Assembly (NCBI RefSeq): GCF_009914755.1
Contig: NC_060935.1
DNA: 64,000 nucleotides
Direction: 5' to 3' (one strand)
Source: the human T2T-CHM13v2.0 reference genome, Homo sapiens
Shown: one piece after another, positions 53,711 through 64,000 of the stretch
How the letters are laid out: each line of letters begins with the position of its first letter
Numbering within the stretch: the first letter of the stretch is position 1
Notes under the pieces: model-generated
Database searches by the model: none
Told to the model about the DNA's origin: nothing
The model's input: the letters and a program-made list of their open reading frames with translations, nothing else
Made by a program: the position numbers and the translations under genes

Positions 53711-56700
53711 TAGGTTTTCAGTCTGGTATGTGAGAAGCTTGAACGTTCCACTCCATCCTAACAACCAGTAGAAAGAAGAACAGGCTGAAAAATAAGCAAC
53801 TCATTTCAGATTTGCCAGAGAAGTAAGGTCACAGGGCCAACCACTGCCCTCAAAATTGGAGGGACAGAGAAGCAAATACAGAGAATCTCAACTTACCTGT
53901 ACAAAACCCACAAGCAATGATTTCTGTGTGAACCAGTGCCCAAATTAAAAAACCTAAACTGTAATTGATGAATTGTTAGAAGTTCAGCATGGACACTTTT
54001 GAGAGTTAAAAACTCCAGGGGATCCAGTAATGGAGGGACGCATTTTTTGAGTTTTACCTCCAGGAACTTGACCAGGTTCTCACTGTAAATATCAGAGAAA
54101 AATCCCTTCATGCTTCCAGCAGAGGGAAAGAACAAAGGATCAGTTTAAAATACACCACAGCATTTTTTCCTTCCTTACAAGGGCTGCCCTGGGACAATAC
54201 TATTTAACCAGAACCTAAACTGCTGGAGTTTTATCAGAGCCTAACTAACTTGGAGGAAAACTCAACTCTAGCTGGCTCCAGCCAACATGTTCCATCTAAG
54301 GCAGGAATGAGAAGCATACTAAAGTTCGCAATCTAGAGGTGCAGGCTGACTAAAACATTAAGTCCTAACGATGGGACTATAGAATGCTTCCTTTCCCCCA
54401 TTCCTTACCACCATGTGACTAAAGGCCTATTTACTGCAGTTCCTTTTACATAGTATATTTATCATGTCCAGCTATAAATAAAATGTTAAACGACATTAAA
54501 AGGCAAAAAGTTCAGTTTGTAAAAAATAAGCAAGCATCTAAGTTAAACTCGGATAGGAGATATGTATTGATATTATCTGGGAATTAAAAAAACATGATTA
54601 ATATGCTAAGGATTCTAATGGATAAAGTAGATAGCATGTAAGAACAGATGGGCAATGTAAGCAAAAAGATGGAAATTCTAAGAGGGAAACAAAAAGAAAT
54701 GCTAAAGATCAGAATCACTGTAACAGAAATGGAGAATTTTTTGATGGGCTTATTAGTAGACTGGACACAGCTGAGGAAAAAAATCTCTGAGCTTGAGGAT
54801 ATCTCTGAAAATAGAAACCTCTGAAAAATCAAAAAGAAAGAGAAAACCTGAGATAAAGAGCAGAATATCCAAGAACTGAGGGTCAACTAGAAATGGTGTA
54901 ACATACACATAAAGGGAAGCCTAAAATGAGAAGAAGAAAAAAATACACGACATATTTGAAACAATAATTACAATTTTTTTTCTCGAAATAAGACCCAAAT
55001 CTGCAAATCCAGGAAGCTCAGAGAACACCAAGCAGGATAAACGCCAGGAAACTTCATCTAGGCATAATTATTTTCAAGCTATAGAAAATCAGAGATGAAG
55101 AAAAAAAACTGTGAAAGGAGCCAGAGGGGAAAAACACCTTACTTATAGGGGCACAAAGATAAGAACTGCATCTGACTCCTTCTCAGAATCCATGCAAGCA
55201 AGAAGAGAGTGAAGTAAAATATTTAAAGAGTTGGGAGAGAAAAACAGTAACAATTAAAAAAAACAACAACACAGCACCACCAACCTAGGATTCTGTACCC
55301 AGAAAAATTCTTCAAAAGTGAAGAAGAAATAAAAGCTTCTCAGAAAAATAAACATTGAGGAAATGTGTTGTCAGTAGACCTGCCATGTAAGAAATGTTAA
55401 AAGAAGTTCTTTAGGGAGAAGGAAAAATACATAGGTCAGAAACTTGGAGCTATATAAATAAAGACAAATACTTAGAGAAGAAATTAGCTAATGTAGAATA
55501 AAAACTTGTAAATTTTCTATTATTCAATTATTTAACATATAACATTTTTTTCAAAATAATAGCAATGTAATAATCTATGTGTTTGTGTGTTTATAATCTA
55601 TGTGCTTATGTATAAGTAATATAAATGGCAACAATGATACAAGGGATGAGAGGAAAGAATTAGAGTTATTTTGTTTCCATAAGATACCCACACTGCCAGT
55701 GAGGTAGTATTGTGTTACTTGAAAATGGACTTGGGTTAGTTGTATTAGTTGTATATGTTTATTGCAAACTAGGGAAATCACTAGAAAAAGTTTTTAAAAG
55801 CTATAATTGATATACTAAGAAGAAAAAATGAACACATGTAAAATGCTCAAAATGAAAGACTGAAAAAGAATGAAAGATAAAAATGGGCACAAAGATCAAG
55901 GGAAACAAATAGAAAACATCAACAGATAATCCAACTATGTCACTAACCAATGAATGTTAATGGTCTAAGTGAACTAATTAAAAGAGGTTGTCAGAGTGAA
56001 TCAAAAAATAAAACCCAACCATACGTTATCTATAAGAAACCAACTTTAAATATGAAAACACATATAGATGAAAAGAAAATGGATGAAGGAAGATACACTA
56101 TGTAAATACTAATCAAATAAAAGCATGAGCAAGTTTATTAATTTCAGACAGACCAGACTTCAGAGCAAGGAAACTTATCAGGGCTGAAGAAGGGCACTGA
56201 ATAGTGATAATGTCTGTTCTCTAAAAAGACATAACAATCTTTAACCATGCATATCCCTTCTAACAGAGCATCAAAATAATGCAAGGCAAAAGCACATAGG
56301 ACTGCAAGAAGGAATCTATAACTCCAGTATTATAGTTGGAGACTTCAACACCCTTCTATCAGAAATGGAGCGATTTAACAGGCAGAAAATCAGTAAGAAC
56401 ACAATACCATCCATACAGAATACTAATAACATCTATAGACCACTTCATTCAATAACATCAGATTACAACTCCTCAAGCTCACATGGAACATTCACCAAGA
56501 TAGACCACATTCTGAACCATAGAACACACCCAACAAATTTAAAAGAATCATATAATGTGTCTCTCAGACCATGATGGATTTAAACTAGAAATCATAACTG
56601 AAAGATAGCTGGACAATTCCAAAATACATGGGGATTAAACAACACATTTCTAAACACATGAGTCAAAGAATAAATATCAAGAAAAAATTTAACACCGCAT

Positions 56701-59700
56701 ATTCTCACTCATAGGTGGGAATTGAACAATGAGATCACATGGACACAGGAAGGGGAACATCACACTCTGGGGACTGTTGTTGGGTGGGGGGAGGGGGGAG
56801 GGATATCACTGGGAGATATACCTAATGCTAGATGACGAGTTAGTGGGTGCAGCGCACCAGCATGGCACATGTATACGTATGTAACTAACCTGCACAATGT
56901 GCACATGTACCCTAAAACTTAAAGTATAATAATAAAAAAAAAATTCAAAAAAAAAATTTTGAACTAAATGAAAATGAAATAACTGATTAAAATTTGTGGG
57001 ATGTAATGAAAGCAGTGCTTAGAGGGCAAATTATAGCATTGAATGTACATAAAAGACAGGAAGAAAGATCGAAAATATACTCTAGGCTTCTGCTTTAGGA
57101 AACCTAAAAAAGAAGAGCAAATTAATCCAATTAAGCTGAAAAAAAAAAATCAGAGCAGAAATCAATGAAATTGAAAACAGAAAATCTATGAAATCTAAAC
57201 CTGGTTATTTGGAAAGATCAATAACACCGAAAAGCATCTAGCCAGGCTAAATGAAAAAAAGAGAGGACAAAAATTGCTAATATCAGAAATGAAAGAAGGG
57301 ACATTATTACATATCTCATGGATATTAAAAGGATAAAAGTCTTTTATGGACAACTCTGTGTCCACAAATTTCGTAGCTTAGGTGTAATGGGCCAGTTCCT
57401 TGAAAGATACAATCTGCTACAACTCACAGAGAAGAAACAGACAATCTGAATCAGTTATATCTATTAAATAAATTTTATCAATAATTACCTCCCAAAACAA
57501 AAGTGTCAGGCCCAGATGGGTCCAATGATGAATTCTACCAAATATTTAAGGAAAAATTATACCAATTCTTTATTATATCCTTCAGAGACAATCAAAGGGA
57601 ATACTTCCTAACTCATTCTATGGCATTAGTATCATCCTAACAGCAAAACCAGACAAAAAATTACAAGAAAACTATAAGCTAATGTCTGTCATAAACATAC
57701 ATGCAAAAATTCTCAACAAAATATTAGCATATCAGATCCAACAATGTATAATAAGAATTACACATCATATATAGTATTTATCTCAGGTATGCAAAGCTGA
57801 GTCAAGATTTAAAAATCAATTTGTAATTCATCACATTGACAGGATAAAGAAGAAAACTCACATGTTCCTATCAATAAATGCTAGAAAAGTATTTCACAAA
57901 TCCAACACCCATTCATAACTAAATAAAAAACTCTCAGTAAACTGAGACTAGAGAGGAACAAACTCAATTTGATAGAGAATATCAAATATCAAATATCAAA
58001 TCCTACAGTTAACATTGACTTAAAGGTAAAAAACCCAAAACTTTCTTATTAAAATTGGGAACAATCAGTACTTTTCAGCATCATAATGGAAATTCTAGCT
58101 GATGCAATAGGACAAGAAAAGGAGAAAAATGGTATACAGATTGGGAAGAAAGAAATAAAACTGTCTTTGTTCACAAATGACATGATTGGCTATGTAGAAT
58201 ACCTGAATAAATTCACAAAAAACTCCTGGAATTAATGAATTATTATAGCTAGGTTGCAGGAGACAAGATTATACATAAAAGTGAATGTCTTTCTTACTAA
58301 AAATGCACAAGTGGAAGTTGAAATTAAAATGCCATACCATTTATATGATCATAAAAAAACTAAAACACTTAAGTATAACAAAAGATAGACCAGTTCTATA
58401 TGAGGAAAACTGCAAAACTCTGAAATGAATCAAGCGCTAATGAAATAAAATGAGAGATATCCCATGTTTGTGGTTCGGAAGATAGTAGTGTCAAGATGCC
58501 AATCCTGCCCAACTTTATCTACAGAGTCATTGCAATTCCAAAAAATATTTCAGCAAGTTATCTTGTGGATATTGATAAACCAAGTCTGTAGTTTATATAT
58601 AAAGAAAAAGACCCAGAATAGCCAACACAATATTGAAAAAGAAGAACAAAGTTGAAAGACTGACACTACCTCACTTCAAGATTTACTATAAATCTACAGT
58701 AATCAAGACAGTATGTATTGTCAGAAGAACAGACAAATAGAATAATGGAGCAGAATAAACTTTCCAGAAATAGATCCGTATTTATGTAGTCAACTGATCC
58801 TTGACAAATGAACGAGGGCAATGCAGTGTTGAAAAGATAGTCTTTTTTGACAAATGATGATTGACAACTGTATTTCCATATGCATAAAAAGAAAGAAAAG
58901 AGTGAATCTAGACAAAGACCTTAATCCCTTCACAAAAATTAACTCAAAATAGATCACAGACCTAAACATAAAATATAAAACTATGAAACTCCTAGAAGAT
59001 AACATGGGAGAAAATCTAGATGACCTAGGGTTTTGTAACAAATTTTTAGGTACAGCACCAAAGAAGCAATCCATGAAAAAATGATAAGCTGCATTTTATT
59101 ATTTTTTAAAAATATGCTCCACAATAGACACTGTCAAGACACTGAAAGAGAAGACACAGGCTAGGAGAAAATATTTCCAAAACATATATATAATTAAGGC
59201 CTGTTATCCAAAATATAGAAACTCTTAAAACTCAACAATAAGAAAATCGGATTTGTAAAATGGGCCAAAAGTCTAAATAGGCACCTTACCCAATAAGAAA
59301 TACAACGGCAAATAAGCATATGAAAATATTCTCTACATCATATGCCATCAGAGAAATGTAAATTAAAGCAACAATGTATATCACTGCATACCTATTACAA
59401 TGGCCAATATCCAGAACATGGACAACAAATACGTCAAGGATGTGGAACAATAGGAACTCTCATTCATTGCTGGAAGGAATACAAAATGGTGCAATGACTT
59501 TGGAAGACAGTATCGCAGTATCTTACAAAACTAAACATGCTCTTATCATACAATACAGCAATTGTGCTCCTCAATATTTACCAAAGGAGGTAAAACCTTA
59601 TGTCCATGTAAAAACTTGCACATGAATGTTTGTAGACACTTTATTCATAATTGCCAAATCCTGGAAGCAACCAAGTTGTCCTTAAGTTGATGAATGTACA

Positions 59701-60240
59701 AATAAACTGTGATATATCCACACAATTATTCAGTGCTTAAAGAAAGTGAGCTATCAAACCATAAAAAGATGTGGAATAAATTTAAATGCATCTTACTAAG
59801 TCAAAGAAGATAAATTGGGAAGACCACATATTATATGATTTCAAACTGTATGACATTCTGCAATAGGTGAAACTATGGAGATGGTTAAAAAGACCAATGA
59901 TTGCCAGGAATTAGGAAGGAGGGAAGAATGAATAGGCAGAGCACAGAAAATTTTTAGGGCAGTGAAACTACTCTGTATGATACTATAAGGGTGGATACAT
60001 TTGTCTAAACCCGTAGTGTACAACACCATGGATAAACCTTAATGTAAGCTTTGGACTTTGGGTGATAAAGATGTGTCAATGTAGTTTCATTATTTGTAAA
60101 GATTGTACTACCCTGTTAGGAAATTTGATAATGGGGAGGCTGTGCATGTGTAGGGACAGGGGAAATATGGGAAGTCTCTGTACATTCTACTACATTTTAC
60201 TATGAACCTAAAACTGCTCTAAAAAATAAACTATTTAAAA
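53711..60240 (+). mobile_element. Near full-length ancient L1 (L1MC1-like 3' end)
   Basis: 5'UTR, ORF1 remnant (~54590-55470) and ORF2 remnant (GDFNTL ~56338, LSLFTNDMI ~58161). 3'UTR tttagggcagtgaaactactctgtatgatact...aaaactgctctaaaaaataaa. Confidence 0.88.
56691..56944 (+). mobile_element. L1PA2-like 5'-truncated 3' end nested in L1MC
   Basis: gcatattctc, gagatcacatgg, ctagatgacgagttagtggg and cacaatgtgcac. GAG rather than the Ta-type ACA. TSD-like tcaa(g/a)aaaaaattt. Confidence 0.9.
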
Positions 60241-60642
60241 ACAAATCTTATTCTATTACTAGGACCAAATTAATGAAAAACAAAAACAGCAACAAAACCA
60301 ATATTTGAATATCTGTTATGTGCCAAGTGTTGTACTCTGAGCTTTGTGTCCATTTCTCAATTAATCTTTAAAGTATTCTGTTAAGTATGCACTATATGTT
60401 GTGCCAATCATAGAAGACAAAACTGAAGCTTAATGAGGTTAAGAAATTGAACCAAGATGACTGGGCTAGAACATGGAGAAAGGAATTTAACGTATTATGA
60501 CTAAAATTATATCTAATCTAGAACTAATATTGCTGATTTGGATATGATCTACCATTCTAAAAGATGGGTTGGGTTTATACTTTGGTTTAAAAACGTGATC
60601 AAATAATTAGTCCAATTTGAGATGCACAAAAGAAATGGATGG

Positions 60643-61043
60643 TGTTATGGTTTGGCTCTCTGTCCCCACTCAAACCTCATGTTGAATTGTAATCCCAAGT
60701 GTTGGGGGAGGGACCTAGTGAGAGATGATTTTATCATGGGGTCGGATATCCCCTTGCTGTTCTCATTATAGTGAGTGAGTTCTCACAAGATCTGGTTGTT
60801 TAAAAGTGTGTTTCACTTCCCCCTTCACGCGCTCTTGTGCTCTCTCTCTCTGTCTCTCCTATTTCCATGTGATGATGTGCTCACTTCCCCTTTGCCTTAT
60901 GACATGATTGTAAGTTTCCTGGTGCCTCCATAGCCATGCCTCCTGTACAGCCTGCAGAACCATGAGCCAATTAAGCCCCTTTTCTTTGTAAATTACCAAG
61001 TTTCAGGTAGTTCTTTATAGCAGTGTGAGTACGGACAAATACA
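60643..61043 (+). mobile_element. THE1D/MSTA-like MaLR solo LTR
   Basis: tgttatggtttggctctctgtcccc...caggtagttctttatagcagtgtgagtacggacaaataca. Confidence 0.92.
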
Positions 61044-61585
61044 GACGCCAAAGAATTGATGAATGTATTCATATTTCATTTATAATACATGACTTTTCTC
61101 TTAGTCATAAGCATAAACATTTACTAATTTGAACAGCATTTAAAGAGACCTCTCCAGCATACCAGATATGTATTTCCATATGTTTCCCAATGAATTCTTC
61201 CCATTGAATTTGGAAGACCAAATTGACATTTATCAAATTTCAATTGGCTTACTTTATTGATTATACATGACACTGATCTCACATTTTTCCAGAAAATCAT
61301 GTATATTGTATCTAAAAGATTCATCACTGGAAACTTTGATTTTGAGTTCTCTTCAAACTTTATTTTCATAAGCTTGTAGAATATAATCATTGAACAAAGA
61401 CAGTTTAAAAGAGGCTGAAGCATTAGAATGATTATTGGCTTAGATTATCATAAAAGCTGTAAATCTTAAATAAATTGTAACAGAGAAACATCTTTAGCTC
61501 TATAAACTATTAGCCAATAAGTTGAAAGAGATAGTTAAACTTTTCAGGTAAAAGGGAGAGACTTATATTCTGCTTTGTTACCACC

Positions 61586-62840
<1,255 letters not shown>

Positions 62841-63022
62841 ATTAGCCAAGCATGTTGGTGCACACCTGTAGTATCAGCTACTCAGGAGGTTGAGGTGGGA
62901 AGATTGTTTGAGCCTAAGAGTTCGAGGCTGCAGTGAGCCATTATCATGCCTCACTTCAGCCTGGGTGACAGGGGAAGATCTTGTCCAAAAATAATTAAAA
63001 ACAAAACAAAACAAAACAAAAC
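62841..63022 (+). mobile_element. AluJ-type right monomer with (AAAAC)n tail
   Basis: attagccaagcatg...gaggtgggaagattgtttgagcctaagagttcgaggctgcagtgagc shows J diagnostics. Left monomer absent. Confidence 0.9.
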
Positions 63023-64000
63023 AAAACCACTAAGCCGGTAAAATTAATTTGAAACCTATCTAGTAGTATATCTATTTTAGGAAGAAGACTATTGTCAGTC
63101 TTGATTATAGAGCTATATTTTTGTAACCTATGCAAAATTGACCTTTACCAATCAATGTTGTTATAAGAATTACTAAGAGATCTCAAAAAACCTAGACTAT
63201 CTTTCTCATTCTTTCTGGTATTATTTAATGTTTTTCTATTGGATCCATAATGTTATAATCAAATTATATTATAATAAAGTCAGTCAGATGTTGTCTGATA
63301 TGTATAAAGTATATCTGTGAAGTAAAGCCAAGATACAACTCTAACCAAGAAATATCCTCAACCAACGATTTTCTCATGAATAATACAAGGCAAATATTCT
63401 CAGCTTTGTGCCCTTCTTTACTGATAGCTTTAGCATGGCACGTGGATTTATATTACATAAATGCATAGGGACTGGTCAAGACCCATAACAAAATGCTAGG
63501 AAGTCTAGAAAACTTCCTCTTATAATTAAATTTCACATTTGAAAAAAAAATGAGACACCCCCAAAAAGTTAACTTCCATTCCACTGTTACATTTTACATT
63601 GAGAAAATGAGACCTCCACTCCCACAAAAGTTAACTGGTCATTCTCCATTTTTTTTTTGTTTGTTTGCCACCAAACTAATTAATAACAGAGAAAGGACTG
63701 TGCCATTATAGGTCATTAATTTATTTATTAAATAACTTTCCAATGAAACAGGTGAAGGCAAGGTTTTGAGAAAATGGTGCATATGTTTTAACAGGGGAGG
63801 TAAATAATTTTATTATGTAAATCTAGCCATTATCTTACAAATACCATTTCAGAAGAGGGATGCAACTATCTTCCCATGATAAATGAAGAGAAAATTTCAA
63901 TGGAAATAAATACCCCAACCAAATGTTCTCCAACCCACTAATCCCATACCTATGCTTTCTATTGGCTGCACTCAACCAGAAACTAGGTGACAAATGAGTT

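Noticed and set aside
56782-56802. G-rich G4-like tracts here, at ~62677 and at ~28050
   Set aside because: Normal L1 3'UTR polypurine tract.

Overview
AT-rich, CpG-depleted primate genomic DNA, probably hominid given its AluY, L1PA2-like and L1PA3-like copies. It reads as intronic or intergenic, and roughly half or more is interspersed repeat. I recognise no annotated protein-coding gene, RNA gene, CpG island or CRISPR array, and nearly all long ORFs in the track are transposon remnants. Main elements: a full-length but dead L1PA8-like LINE (27.9-34.3 kb, -), a near full-length ancient L1MC-like LINE (53.7-60.2 kb, +) with a nested L1PA2-like 3' end, a complete MaLR (MST) provirus with a nested MSTA LTR (49.9-52.6 kb), six full Alus, and many LTR, L2, MIR and DNA-transposon relics. 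Best leads: (1) a hand-built six-exon minus-strand splice model in non-repeat DNA whose five coding exons stay in frame and give a 112-aa ORF (unverified, exons picked by eye); (2) an L1PA3 plus half-AluJ cassette inside one perfect 14-bp TSD, suggesting a 3' transduction; (3) an in-frame deletion of the RT FADD motif in the L1PA8 copy. Subfamily names come from recalled consensus features, not a RepeatMasker run.
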